DNA of 64,000 bases from a virus, in the IMG/VR virus record IMGVR_UViG_3300018469_000001, positions 1 to 64,000 of that record; one strand, given 5' to 3'. Within the stretch, counting starts at the first letter, position 1; every line of letters starts with the position of its first letter. Below the pieces are notes generated by a model. That model was not told the origin of the DNA and made no database searches. It saw only the letters and a program-made list of their open reading frames with translations. Of the stretch, positions 17,777 to 27,511 are shown one piece after another. The position numbers and the translations under genes are program-made.

Positions 17777-18329
17777 CGATGCCCGACCTACGCATCCGGT
17801 CGCTCGGGCGATCTGCGGCTGCAAGGTCTACCTCGACACCAAGAAGGTAGAGCACCGCGACGGCTGCCCCTTCCCGCTGGCCGCGATCGAGGCCGCCACC
17901 TGGAACCGGTGGTTCGAGGACCGGAAACTGTCGCCGCTCGGCGCGCCGGTGCGCTACTGGACCGGCGACCGCCACGGCGACGGACGGACCGGCACCGCCC
18001 GCACCGGAGCACAGGTGCTCGCCGGCCAGACCGCCGTGCTGTGGGTCAACGAGACCGGCGGCGCGATCTGCCTGACCCACGTCGAGAACCTGACGCCCCG
18101 GTACGTGGACGCGCACGGCGAGCACTGGCACCCCGCCGGACACGACGAGGAGGGCCGGCGCTGGCTGCGATGCGAGGAGACCAACCGCGGCGTGCGCTAC
18201 CGCGAGGCTGTCGATCTGGAGTTCGGGCCGCTGACCGACGCCGAGGCTGAGGCCGCTCTACCTGAGATTCGTCAGGCGATCCGTGACGAGATCCGCCGAG
18301 CCGAGGGAGGCATAGACAACCATGCGTAG
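17766..18329 (+). CDS. hypothetical protein
   Basis: GTG 17766 chosen within track ORF 17730..18329. Start uncertain. Confidence 0.5.
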   Translation: MTTDDARPTHPVARAICGCKVYLDTKKVEHRDGCPFPLAAIEAATWNRWFEDRKLSPLGAPVRYWTGDRHGDGRTGTARTGAQVLAGQTAVLWVNETGGAICLTHVENLTPRYVDAHGEHWHPAGHDEEGRRWLRCEETNRGVRYREAVDLEFGPLTDAEAEAALPEIRQAIRDEIRRAEGGIDNHA

Positions 18330-18579
18330 CCTTCCGGGGAGAGTCCGCATGCTGCTTGTCCCAAAGGTCGGCCCCCTGCTGCGGATCACCACCACGCTGA
18401 CCGATTACAAGGCTATCGACGCGTGGTTCCGCGACCCGGCTAGCGCGGGCATACCGGTGAGCATCCCGAACGCCGATGATCCGTCCGACGTGCGACGTTT
18501 CCTACCGGCCGAGATCGCCGAGATTGCGCTCATCGGGCCATTCAACGACGGGGCTGGAGGAAGAGTCGATGGCTGGTAG
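18322..18579 (+). CDS. hypothetical protein
   Basis: ATG with RBS gagggagg. 85 aa. Confidence 0.45.
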   Translation: MRSLPGRVRMLLVPKVGPLLRITTTLTDYKAIDAWFRDPASAGIPVSIPNADDPSDVRRFLPAEIAEIALIGPFNDGAGGRVDGW

Positions 18580-19042
18580 GTACGCCGAGCGGACTGAGGT
18601 GCCCAGCGGCCGCAGCCGCGACGAGATCGAGCGGACGTTGCAGCGGTACGGCGCTACCGCGTTCGCATACGGGTGGGAAAACGGCGCAGCGACGGTGATG
18701 TTCGAGATCGGTACACCGCGCGGTGTTCGCAGGATCCGGTTTCGGCTGGCGATGCCCGACCGGCAGGCGCGCGAGTTCACCGAGACACCGACCGGCCGTG
18801 CCCGGTCGGCCAGCGCGGCGGAACAGGAGTTCGACCGGGCGACCCGGCAGCGTTGGCGCGCACTGTCGCTGGTAATCAAGGCGAAGCTGGAGGCGGTCGA
18901 GGCCGGAATCTCCACAGTGGAGGACGAGTTCCTGGCTCAAATCTGTCTGCCGGACGGGTCGACCGTCGGCGAGTGGGCGGCCGACCAGCTCGCCGTCACC
19001 TACGAGCGCGGCGCGATGCCCGCGCTGATGCCAGGGGGCTGA
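18569..19042 (+). CDS. hypothetical protein
   Basis: ATG 18569 with RBS ggaggaag. 157 aa. Confidence 0.55.
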   Translation: MAGRYAERTEVPSGRSRDEIERTLQRYGATAFAYGWENGAATVMFEIGTPRGVRRIRFRLAMPDRQAREFTETPTGRARSASAAEQEFDRATRQRWRALSLVIKAKLEAVEAGISTVEDEFLAQICLPDGSTVGEWAADQLAVTYERGAMPALMPGG

Positions 19043-19044
19043 CC

Positions 19045-19407
19045 GTGCTCGATGACGAGACCGTGGTGATCGGCGCCGACGAGACCGTGGTGATCCCCAA
19101 GCAGCCGCCGCCGCGGGTGTATCGGGCCGACCGTCGCCGGCGGCTGTACGTGGAGCTGGAGCCCCGCGCGGGTGGTCTGGTGGGCGGCTATGCGGCCGGC
19201 GACACCTGGACGTGGTGTCCGGTGCCGTTCGTGGCGGTCAGGTGGCGGGGGTCGCCGCGGCTGGCCGGGCTGGTCCTCGGCGCGGCCGCGGTCGCATCCA
19301 TCCCGGTCGGGCTGCCGGCCCCGTGGTCGGTGCTGCTGGTGCTGTGGCTCGCCATCCCGGCCGCCGGCGCGTTCTGGCACGCCTGGCTTCACGGGCGGCT
19401 GGTGTGA
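19045..19407 (+). CDS. membrane protein
   Basis: GTG 19045. C-terminal TM stretches. The N-terminus has the 18-nt unit gacgagaccgtggtgatc twice (DETVVI x2). Confidence 0.5.
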   Translation: MLDDETVVIGADETVVIPKQPPPRVYRADRRRRLYVELEPRAGGLVGGYAAGDTWTWCPVPFVAVRWRGSPRLAGLVLGAAAVASIPVGLPAPWSVLLVLWLAIPAAGAFWHAWLHGRLV

Positions 19408-19616
19408 GCGGCGCGGCGGCGGGAGTCAACTACTGCGGGCGGTGGGTATCCGTCCCGCGGGGCCAGCGTGAACGGTACGGGTGGGAAACCCGGCTGGTGT
19501 GCAACCGCAAGCCGCACAACGACAAGGGCCGGCACCGGTCGCGGGCCGGCTGGACGTGGCCGGACGGCGGCCGCATCGAGGACGTGCGACCGGGCGCCGT
19601 AGGCGGTGCCGCGTGA
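19404..19616 (+). CDS. hypothetical small protein
   Basis: GTG overlaps the upstream stop. 70 aa. Confidence 0.4.
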   Translation: MSGAAAGVNYCGRWVSVPRGQRERYGWETRLVCNRKPHNDKGRHRSRAGWTWPDGGRIEDVRPGAVGGAA

Positions 19617-19957
19617 GCGGCGGTGAGCTGGACCCGCCGCGCGACTGGGACGCCGCGTACGGCGCGTACGACCAAGCCGGCGCGTCGACCCGCACCTGCC
19701 ACGACTGCCCGGGAACGGTCCGTGTCCAGGCCGGCGACTGGGGGTGGAAAGCCCACCGGTTCTACCTGCACGGCGAGGGGGAAGACCCCGGCCATCACCC
19801 GGCGCCCGCCCAGGAACGCCGCGACGACCTACCGCCGCCGTGGACGGACCAGCAGCGCGCCGACTTCCACGCCCGCAACCGTGCCCGCCGGCACCGGGCC
19901 CGGCACCAGCCCCCGCCCGGCCCGGGCGGTCCGCCGCCGCGTGCTGGCGCCGGATGA
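19613..19957 (+). CDS. hypothetical protein
   Basis: GTGA overlap with the upstream stop. Contains TCHDCPG. Confidence 0.45.
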   Translation: MSGGELDPPRDWDAAYGAYDQAGASTRTCHDCPGTVRVQAGDWGWKAHRFYLHGEGEDPGHHPAPAQERRDDLPPPWTDQQRADFHARNRARRHRARHQPPPGPGGPPPRAGAG

Positions 19958-20223
19958 GCGCCGGGCAGCTCGCCGCCGACCTGGCCGCCGCAACCGCAAA
20001 CCTGACTGGCTGGATCGAAGACCGGGCTGCCGAGCTGGCCGCCGGCCTGGTCGCCGACGCCGAGGCGATCGCGGACGGACGCTGCGCCGCGCTCGAGCAG
20101 ACGTACGCCGCCGAACGGAAACGCCACCTGGATCTCGAGGCCGAGCTGCGCCACCAGCTAGAACGCCAGATCGGTTGGCAGGCCAACCACGTCCGCGGCC
20201 GCTGCCAGCCGGCCGACCCGTAA
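19954..20223 (+). CDS. hypothetical coiled-coil protein
   Basis: ATGA overlap with the upstream stop. 89 aa. Confidence 0.5.
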   Translation: MSAGQLAADLAAATANLTGWIEDRAAELAAGLVADAEAIADGRCAALEQTYAAERKRHLDLEAELRHQLERQIGWQANHVRGRCQPADP

Positions 20224-20431
20224 CTACCGGCATGGCCTGTTGCGTCGTTTTCTGTGGTCGGATACCGTGATCGCCTAGAGCGGATCAAGACCACGACGGC
20301 CAAAGGGGGCGACCGGTCATGCTGCGACCCAACCAACCGGCCGTGTCCCTGATCCGGTGCGTGTCGCGCCAGATGCTCGCCCTGTCGATCGTTGCGGGTC
20401 TACCATCCGACCTTGTGACAATGGCTGAAAC

Positions 20432-20463
20432 AACGAGCGGCCCGCGAAAGCGGGCCGCTCGTT
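20432..20463. terminator. GC-rich hairpin with GAAA loop in 490-bp non-coding gap
   Basis: aacgagcggcccgc gaaa gcgggccgctcgtt forms a perfect 14-bp stem. Lower-GC surroundings. Confidence 0.6.
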
Positions 20464-20716
20464 GACGCTCAACATCCGGCGATCTTGGGAGGTGGCAGGC
20501 GATTTCAGCGGTCGCCTACCCGTCAAACATTGCAGCGCTCGACCCTTTTAACCTCTACCAGCCACACCGGGAGTTGCGCGCGGCGAGGACAGCATAGCGG
20601 AAGCGGACCGGTACCGCACCCGCCATCTAGTGCTGCCGTCGGCGTGTCGCCACCACCGGTGGGCGGAACGGCATAGACATGACCACCACCATGCAAGACC
20701 ACCGGGCAGTGACGGC

Positions 20717-21871
20717 ATGAGCAGCGTCGCCCTGATGTGGGCCGCGACCGTGGCCCCGGTCGCCGACGTGCAGGAATACGCGATCCTCGTGCGGATGGCC
20801 GACGAGGCCGACGAGGCCGGCTGCGGCGTGCTGCTCGGCACCGCCACCATCGCCGCCGACGTCCTGGTCAACGCGAAGACCGTCCAACGGCGCCTCGACG
20901 CGATGCTCGAGCGCGGGCTGCTCGGACTCGGAGACCAACGCAAAGCCGCATACATCCGCGCCGACCGCCGACCCGTGGTCTACGACCTGCTGATCCCGGC
21001 GACCTGTTTCGCCGACCTGGCCCGCACCAACGCCCGCCGGGCCGCCAAGGATCTGCCGCCGCTCACCCCGGAAAACCGGCCGGTCCAGGCGCCACCACCT
21101 GAGGACAAGCGACGCACCCCCCGCAACGACATCGGCAAGCCGCGCGCCAAGAAGCTGCTCGAGGGCGGCGACGACGCACCCGCCGCCGCCGACGGGGTGA
21201 CTGCTAGTACCCCCGTCGGCGACCCGGACGAATCGGGCACGGGGGGACTGCTAGTCCAGCACGGGGGGACTGCTAGTCCAGCACGGGGGGACTACCAGTC
21301 ACCCGACCCTGGAACTACAGACCCGGGAAGTACTGACCCGGGTAAAACCTCTTCTCCGTCGCGAACGTCAGCTAGCGCGCACGCGAGCACCGCGACGGAG
21401 ACCGCGACAGCCCTAGGCGACTACGACCGGGAACACCTCGTCGCCGCCTGCCGTACCGCCGCCGCCGCCCGCGCCGGCGTGCCCGGCTGGACGGTCCGGC
21501 AGTGCGGCGAGGCCGCGCAGGCCGCGCTGGGCGCCGGCCACGACCCAGCCGACGTCGCCGAGCGGCTGGTCGAGCTGGCGCACGACAAGGCGTGCGCGTT
21601 CCCCACCATGCTGGCCGCCGACCTGGCCGTCGCCGCCGCCCGGGCGGTGCAAGCTGCGCGGCCGCCGGCCGCGCCGCCCTGGCCGACGGCCGGCGATGCT
21701 GCGCCCGAGGGTGCGGTCCGGTACCTGGACAACGACCGGCCACGCTGCCGCACCCACCCCGGCCAGCCGGCCGACAACTGCTCGGCGTGCCGCATCGACG
21801 CCCGGGTCGCCGCCGCCGAGGCCCGGATGGAGGCCGAACGGGCGCCAGACAGCACCGCCGACGCGGCGTAG
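20717..21871 (+). CDS. helix-turn-helix replication-initiator-like protein
   Basis: N-terminal wHTH typical of actinophage/plasmid initiators (ILVRMADEADEAG..TIAADVLVNAKTVQRRLDAMLERGLL). Contains an iteron array. C-terminal Cys pair. Confidence 0.6.
   Translation: MSSVALMWAATVAPVADVQEYAILVRMADEADEAGCGVLLGTATIAADVLVNAKTVQRRLDAMLERGLLGLGDQRKAAYIRADRRPVVYDLLIPATCFADLARTNARRAAKDLPPLTPENRPVQAPPPEDKRRTPRNDIGKPRAKKLLEGGDDAPAAADGVTASTPVGDPDESGTGGLLVQHGGTASPARGDYQSPDPGTTDPGSTDPGKTSSPSRTSASAHASTATETATALGDYDREHLVAACRTAAAARAGVPGWTVRQCGEAAQAALGAGHDPADVAERLVELAHDKACAFPTMLAADLAVAAARAVQAARPPAAPPWPTAGDAAPEGAVRYLDNDRPRCRTHPGQPADNCSACRIDARVAAAEARMEAERAPDSTADAA
21194..21300. repeat. iteron-like direct repeats inside the initiator gene (candidate origin)
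   Basis: The 22-bp unit ggggggactgctagtccagcac occurs twice in perfect tandem (21241-21284). Degenerate copies lie at 21194-21210 and 21285-21300. Confidence 0.55.
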
Positions 21872-21940
21872 CGTCAACCACTGCCGGCGTGGCCTGGACA
21901 CCCCGCCGGCAGCACCACCCCGAGACGAGAGGAACCCCCG

Positions 21941-23266
21941 ATGACCGCCACCATAGGCCGCCCAGAAGCCCCGTACGCCTCCAACGCCGCCGCCGCCCCC
22001 GACTCCACCCCCGACCGACGGCAGGCCGCCGTACGGGCGCTCGGCCCGGTCAACGCCCACGATCCGCGGCTGCCCGGACGTGTCGTGCTGCTACGAGCCG
22101 ACGCCGCCGCCCTGCCCCTGCCCGACGAGTCGGTCGACCTGGTCGTCACCTCGCCGCCGTACTGGGCGCAACGCTCGTACACCGACGGCGGGGCCCACTA
22201 CGCCGGGCAGCTCGGCGACGAGCCCAGCCCCGACGCCTACGTCGACCGGCTGGTCGCCTGCACCGCCGAGTGGGCGCGCGTCATCAAACCCGGCGGGTCG
22301 ATCTTCGTGAACCTCGGCGACAAGTACGCCGCCCGCGCCAACGCCGGCCCGTCCCGGGCTGTGTCAGGCCGCCAGGACCGGGCCGAGTGCCGGCCGCCGC
22401 ACCCGCCGGTGACCTCGTTCGCCCGCGACAAGTCGCTGCTCGGCCTGCCATGGCGGTACGCGCTGCGGTGCATCGGCGCCGGATCCGCGCTCGCCGACCC
22501 GTCCGTGGTCAAGCTGCTGCTCGCCGACGTCGCCGCCGGCGTCGTCCCGTTGGCCGTCGCCGAGGACCTGGTCGACACGCTCGCCGCCACCCCGGCAGAC
22601 GGGCCGCGGCTGATCCTGCGCGCCGAAATCCTCTGGTACAAGCGCAACGGGATGCCCGAGTCGGTCACCGACCGGGTACGCCGCGACCACGAACACGTCT
22701 TCCACCTCGTCAAGTCGGCCCGCCACTTCGCCGGCATCGACGCCGTCCGCGAGCCGCTGTCCAGCGCCTCACCCGAGCACGACGCCCGACGGCGAGGCCG
22801 CGGCGACGTCCGCCTGGACCTGGCCAACGGCGGCCGCACCTCCACCAGCAACCCGCTGGGCAAGCTGCCCGGATCCGTGTGGGACATCGTCACCCAACCT
22901 TTGACCCTGCCGCCCCATGTCGCGCACGCCCGGTGCTGCGCCGGCCAGCCGTCGCCGGGCTGCGGCGACGGTCTCGGCCACTACGCCGCGTTCCCGCTGG
23001 AGTTGCCCCGCCGGGCCATAGCCGGCTGGTGCCCGCCCGCCGGGGTCGTTCTGGACCCGTGCGGCGGCACCGGTACCGCCGCGCTGGTCGCCGCGGCGAC
23101 GGGCCGCACCGGCATCAGCGTCGACCGTTCCGCCGACTACACCGACGTCATCGCCCGCTGGCGCACCAACGATCCCGCCCAGGTCGCCCGCGCCTTGGCC
23201 GTACCGGTCCCGGCCGCGCCCGAGCTGACCGGCCAGGCCGACCTGCTCGCCGGGATTCTGCCGTGA
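21941..23266 (+). CDS. DNA methyltransferase (beta-class N4-C/N6-A, SPPY type)
   Basis: Motif IV VDLVVTSPPYW, then C-terminal motif I VLDPCGGTGTAA. RBS agagga. Confidence 0.85.
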   Translation: MTATIGRPEAPYASNAAAAPDSTPDRRQAAVRALGPVNAHDPRLPGRVVLLRADAAALPLPDESVDLVVTSPPYWAQRSYTDGGAHYAGQLGDEPSPDAYVDRLVACTAEWARVIKPGGSIFVNLGDKYAARANAGPSRAVSGRQDRAECRPPHPPVTSFARDKSLLGLPWRYALRCIGAGSALADPSVVKLLLADVAAGVVPLAVAEDLVDTLAATPADGPRLILRAEILWYKRNGMPESVTDRVRRDHEHVFHLVKSARHFAGIDAVREPLSSASPEHDARRRGRGDVRLDLANGGRTSTSNPLGKLPGSVWDIVTQPLTLPPHVAHARCCAGQPSPGCGDGLGHYAAFPLELPRRAIAGWCPPAGVVLDPCGGTGTAALVAAATGRTGISVDRSADYTDVIARWRTNDPAQVARALAVPVPAAPELTGQADLLAGILP

Positions 23267-25029
23267 CCGCCCGGCGTGCCCCCTCTCAGGCAACGTGGGA
23301 GCGCATCGACGCCGCCCGCCGCGAGCAGGCATCCCGGGCGCCCGGGGTGCCCCGCGACACCGGCTCGTGCGAGGGCCCGAACTGCTCGGCGAAGATCAGG
23401 TGGGCGAAGACGGTCGATGGTGGCCGCATGCCGGTCGACTTCACCCCGGACCCGGACGGCCGGCTGATCCGCGTCATGGTCGCTAAGGGCGACTGGCGGA
23501 TCCGTGTCCTGGCCGCCGGGGAACAGCCCGGCGGCGACGTGCACCGGTGGACGTCGCACTACGCCACCTGCCCCGACGCGGCCTGGTTCAAAGCCCGAGG
23601 CCGCGCCGCCACCCCGGCTGTCGGCCCACCTGCCCGCCGCCACCTGCAACCCGCCCCACCGCCGGCCGCGACGGCGCCAGACGTGCTGCTGGTCGTGGAC
23701 GGAAACTCGCTGGCCCACCGGGCGTGGCACGCCTACGAAAAGGCGGGCATGACCGCCCCGGACGGCCGGCCCATCCACGCCGTGTACGGATTCCTCGCGC
23801 TGCTGGCCGGCATTGTGGACAAGACCAGCCCCGACGGGCTGCTGGTCGGCTTCGACGACCGGGCCACGTCGGCCCGCCGCGACCGGTACCCCGAGTACAA
23901 GGCCGGCCGGGCGGAGAAGAACCCCGACCTTTACGCCCAGCTCGACGACATCGGCGCCATCCTCGACGCCATCGGAGTGTCCACAATGGTGCCGGCCGGG
24001 CTGGAAGCCGACGACGTGCTCGGCTCCGCCGCCGCCGCGGCCGAGCAGGCCGGCTGGCGGTGTGTGATCGCCACCAGCGACAAGGACGCGTTCGGGCTGA
24101 TCACCGACACGACCAGTGTGCTGCGGCTGGTGTCCGGGCTGGACAACGCCGAGCAGTACACCCCGGCCTGGCTGGCCGGCCGGTACGGCGGGGTCACCCC
24201 CGCCCAGTGGCTCGACTACGTCGCCCTGGTCGGCGACACCTCCGACAACCTGCCCGGCGTGCACGGCATCGGCCCGAAGACCGCCACGAAGCTGCTCAAC
24301 CACCTCGGATCCGTCGACGCGGCGCTCGCCGACCCGCCCGCCGTACGCGAGGCGGTCGGTACGGCCTACGCGGCCAAGCTGGCCGGCGACGCGGCCCGGG
24401 CGGTGCTGGCCCGCAACCGGGACATCATGGCCATCCGCCGGGACCTGCCCGTCGGCCTCGACGCCTGCCGGCCCACCGTCACCGCCGCGACGGTCGCCGC
24501 CGTACTCAACGGCCGGCACCTACCCAAGCTGGTCGACCGGGTCACTACTGCCCTGTGCCGGCCCGCCGCCCAGCCGACCCCGCCGCGCGGGCGCGGGCAC
24601 CTGGCCGCCGTACCCGACCTGCCGCCGCCGGTCGCCGCGGCCGTGGGGCAGTTGGCGCCGCGGCTGCTCTACCTCAACCCGCTGCCGGCCTGCCCGGACT
24701 GCGGCGAAACCTACGCGGCGTCGATGCCGCTGGCCGCAGCCAGCGGCGGCACCGTCGCCCTGACCGGTGAGCAGGTGTTGATCGCCATGGAACATCCGGC
24801 CGGTGACCTGCTCGCCGTGTCCGTCGGCGGCGGGTGGGCGGTGCGCCGCGTCACTGCCGGCGAGGCCCGGCTCCCGGCCGGCAACCGGCGCCGCGCCCAC
24901 CGGTGCGCCGACTACCCCGGCAAGTGCATGTTCTGCGGCGGCCCGGCCCGCCCCTACCTGTGCGGCCTACGCTGCAACGGGCACGCGCCCGTCGCCATCC
25001 GCCCCGCCGGCCCGGTATCGCCCGAGTGA
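23263..25029 (+). CDS. 5-3 exonuclease / flap endonuclease (PolA N-terminal type) with extra N- and C-terminal Cys modules
   Basis: LLVVDGNSLAHRAWHAY, EADDVLGS, ATSDKD and GDTSDNLPGVHGIGPKTA (H3TH). GTGA overlap with the methylase stop. Upstream part of track ORF 21502.. rejected. Confidence 0.8.
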   Translation: MTARRAPSQATWERIDAARREQASRAPGVPRDTGSCEGPNCSAKIRWAKTVDGGRMPVDFTPDPDGRLIRVMVAKGDWRIRVLAAGEQPGGDVHRWTSHYATCPDAAWFKARGRAATPAVGPPARRHLQPAPPPAATAPDVLLVVDGNSLAHRAWHAYEKAGMTAPDGRPIHAVYGFLALLAGIVDKTSPDGLLVGFDDRATSARRDRYPEYKAGRAEKNPDLYAQLDDIGAILDAIGVSTMVPAGLEADDVLGSAAAAAEQAGWRCVIATSDKDAFGLITDTTSVLRLVSGLDNAEQYTPAWLAGRYGGVTPAQWLDYVALVGDTSDNLPGVHGIGPKTATKLLNHLGSVDAALADPPAVREAVGTAYAAKLAGDAARAVLARNRDIMAIRRDLPVGLDACRPTVTAATVAAVLNGRHLPKLVDRVTTALCRPAAQPTPPRGRGHLAAVPDLPPPVAAAVGQLAPRLLYLNPLPACPDCGETYAASMPLAAASGGTVALTGEQVLIAMEHPAGDLLAVSVGGGWAVRRVTAGEARLPAGNRRRAHRCADYPGKCMFCGGPARPYLCGLRCNGHAPVAIRPAGPVSPE

Positions 25030-25222
25030 CACGACATGCGAAAACCCCACCACAGGCCATTGCGGCGCCCGGCCGGTCGGGCGTATCGTCGGCGCTGATG
25101 GGCAAGCCTTTCGCAGCGCGGGCGGCCCGTCCATCACCCAAGGCATGCCGGTCGTACTGCCCCGTGGGCTGCGGCCGGCATCGCCGCGTCTGGACAACGC
25201 ACACCGAGACGGAGATCACCGC

Positions 25223-25624
25223 ATGACCCGAACCGAACCACCACCCCGCCCCGCACCCCACGCCCGGGCCGCCCGCCGCCGGGCTGGCCACGTCGCGGTC
25301 GGCGTGCTCACCGCCGCCGCGGCCGCGCTCACCCTCGCCGCCGCGTGGGCCGACCTCGACGGCGCCCCGGTCCTCGCCGGCCGGCTCCAGCTCGCCGCCG
25401 CCGCCGCGATCGCCGTGCCGTTCCTGGCGTGGCTGCGGCTGCTGGTCGAGTACAAGCCCGCCCGGCCGCTGAACCGCCACGAGGTGACCGCCCGGGCGAT
25501 ACCCGGCCCGCGGCGTGAACCACCGGCGATGCGTCCGCTTCCCCCGCCCAGGATCGTCGGGACGGCACCCCGGCCGGCGTTGCCCCCGGCGAGCCCACCC
25601 GCCCGGGCGGCTCTACCCCGCTAA
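25223..25624 (+). CDS. membrane protein
   Basis: ATG 25223 with RBS gagacggag. Two hydrophobic helices followed by a Pro-rich tail. Confidence 0.5.
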   Translation: MTRTEPPPRPAPHARAARRRAGHVAVGVLTAAAAALTLAAAWADLDGAPVLAGRLQLAAAAAIAVPFLAWLRLLVEYKPARPLNRHEVTARAIPGPRREPPAMRPLPPPRIVGTAPRPALPPASPPARAALPR

Positions 25625-25646
25625 CATCCACTGATCGATTCCAGTC

Positions 25647-25689
25647 ACAATGGGGCCCCGCGCACTACAGATGCGCGGGGCCCCATTGT
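25647..25689. terminator. bidirectional hairpin terminator (17-bp perfect stem)
   Basis: acaatggggccccgcgc / gcgcggggccccattgt with a 9-nt loop, between convergent genes. Confidence 0.75.
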
Positions 25690-25698
25690 CGTTTCCGG

Positions 25699-27462
25699 TC
25701 AACATCCGGCGGCCGGCACCGCCTCGGACCGCACCGCGGCCACCACCTCGCCGAACTCCGCGAACCCGTCCGGCCCCGGCACCAGCCGGTCGCTGTCGGA
25801 CAGCACCGCGAACCAGCGGCCGTCCGGCGTCTCCGACAGCACCGCCAGCAGCTCGCCGCCCTCGTCATGCAGGCGCAGCACCCGTGCCCCGCCGCGGGCG
25901 TGCACCATCCGGTACAACGTGCACCCGGGCACCGCGTCGGCCTGCCCCATCATCGACGCGGCGACCCGGCCGGCCACACACCGCAGCTCTTCGTCGTCCG
26001 CCGACGTCGGCAGTGCACTGCCCTCCAGAGCGGACTGCTCGCGGATCATCCGGGCGTTCCAGTGCTCACCTACTCGCTCGCCGCCGCTGGGCGCCGCGTA
26101 GTCCGGCCGCGGCGTGCTCTGCCCGACGGCCATGACGGGGGCGACCGGGTCGGGGTTGTTCGGGCAAGCCTTGCCGCCCTCGACGGGCCCGTGCGGCTCG
26201 CTGATGTGCGCCCCGCAGCCGCGACACTGGTTGTCCTTGTCCCACCCGTCCAGGACGGCGCTCAACGCGTCGCCGGTCGCCGCCAGCTCCCCCGTGAGCG
26301 TGGCCGCGGCCTGCGCGACAACCGCGGCCCGGGTGGCCGGGTCCAGGTCGCCGAATGTCTTACCGACCGGCCACTGTGCCGGCGCGGCGACCGCGTCGCC
26401 CTGGTCGACGGCCTCGGCGACCGGCCCGCCGGCGATGACCGCGGCGTACAGCGCGCGGACCTCGTCGTCGCCCGGCAGCGGCGCCCCGATACGGCCGGCG
26501 GCGAGCAGCTTGGCGCGCATCCTGGCCACGCCGACCCGGCATGTGCATCGATCCCATGTGGCGCGCGAGAAGTGCCCGAGATAGACCTCGCAGTCCTCGG
26601 CGTGAGCGTCGCGCAGGACCGGGTCCTCGTCGCCCTGGCCGACGGGCTCGTCGGTGCGCGGGGCGATCATCTCGGCGACCTGCTCGCCGGTCATCCCCAG
26701 CACGGGCGCCGCGGTGTCCTGGTCGACCACGTCGGTCTGCGCGTTGCCCTGGTCCTCGATCGCGTAACGCTTCTCGAGGTCGTCCAGCATTGCGCTGGTC
26801 TCCGCGAGCAGGTCGGTGGCCGGCGCCGGGTCTGCGGTGCGCTTGGCGAGCAGCCGGACCTCTACGCCCTTCGTGCGGGTCACGCCGTTGGTGCCGCCGG
26901 TGGGAGTGGTGGCCAGGCAGGAAACCTTGGTGCGGGTGGTCTTGATGGCCACGCCCACGCGGTACCGCTGGTGGGAGTGGACGATCACCAGGTCGCCGGG
27001 GGCGATGTCGGCGTTCGGGTCCAGCGTGTCGAACTCGTCCCGGTGGGAGGTGCGGCAGTTGGCCTGCGCGACCGGGGCGTACGTGGCGTACAGCCGGTCG
27101 TTTTCGACGCGGTCCGTCGCGCTCTTGACGGCGCCCTTGGCGGTCGCGGACCGGGCCATCTCGACGCTGTTCTTGACGTACGCGCAGGTGTACCCGCCGC
27201 TGGGCTGGCCGGCCTTGTGGTGGTCGCCGTCGTTGATGAAGAAGGTGCGGCTCAGCGTGTGAAACTCGGCGTCGGCCGGCACCGCGTAGAACGTGGCGGT
27301 GTTGCCGAACACCGGCTCGGCGTCCTTGGCCCGCAACTCCACCGTGGCGTACCGGACGATGTTGATGCGTCGGCCCTGAATCTCGACCGTGTCGATGATC
27401 TCCGGGGCGCTGTGGTTGGGGAATTCGAGGGTCTCGGTGCTGTAGTCGTTTCGCAGTGTCAT
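25699..27462 (-). CDS. large hypothetical protein (587 aa), own promoter and terminator
   Basis: ATG 27462 (MTLRNDYST) with RBS gagagggc. Cys pairs CTC and CRGC..C. No family recognised. The extension to 27711 was rejected because it crosses the promoter and terminator. Confidence 0.65.
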   Translation of the reverse strand: MTLRNDYSTETLEFPNHSAPEIIDTVEIQGRRINIVRYATVELRAKDAEPVFGNTATFYAVPADAEFHTLSRTFFINDGDHHKAGQPSGGYTCAYVKNSVEMARSATAKGAVKSATDRVENDRLYATYAPVAQANCRTSHRDEFDTLDPNADIAPGDLVIVHSHQRYRVGVAIKTTRTKVSCLATTPTGGTNGVTRTKGVEVRLLAKRTADPAPATDLLAETSAMLDDLEKRYAIEDQGNAQTDVVDQDTAAPVLGMTGEQVAEMIAPRTDEPVGQGDEDPVLRDAHAEDCEVYLGHFSRATWDRCTCRVGVARMRAKLLAAGRIGAPLPGDDEVRALYAAVIAGGPVAEAVDQGDAVAAPAQWPVGKTFGDLDPATRAAVVAQAAATLTGELAATGDALSAVLDGWDKDNQCRGCGAHISEPHGPVEGGKACPNNPDPVAPVMAVGQSTPRPDYAAPSGGERVGEHWNARMIREQSALEGSALPTSADDEELRCVAGRVAASMMGQADAVPGCTLYRMVHARGGARVLRLHDEGGELLAVLSETPDGRWFAVLSDSDRLVPGPDGFAEFGEVVAAVRSEAVPAAGC

Positions 27463-27511
27463 GGCTGGCCCTCTCGTCTCGGCGGGGCGACCCGATCGCC
27501 CAACACCCGTG

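Noticed and set aside
20254-20296. An inverted pair of TGTGGTC motifs as promoter copies.
   Set aside because: The -10 positions (CTAGAG / CGATCA) do not fit TAnnnT, and the leftward copy would transcribe antisense to the early operon. It is mentioned only as a possible operator.
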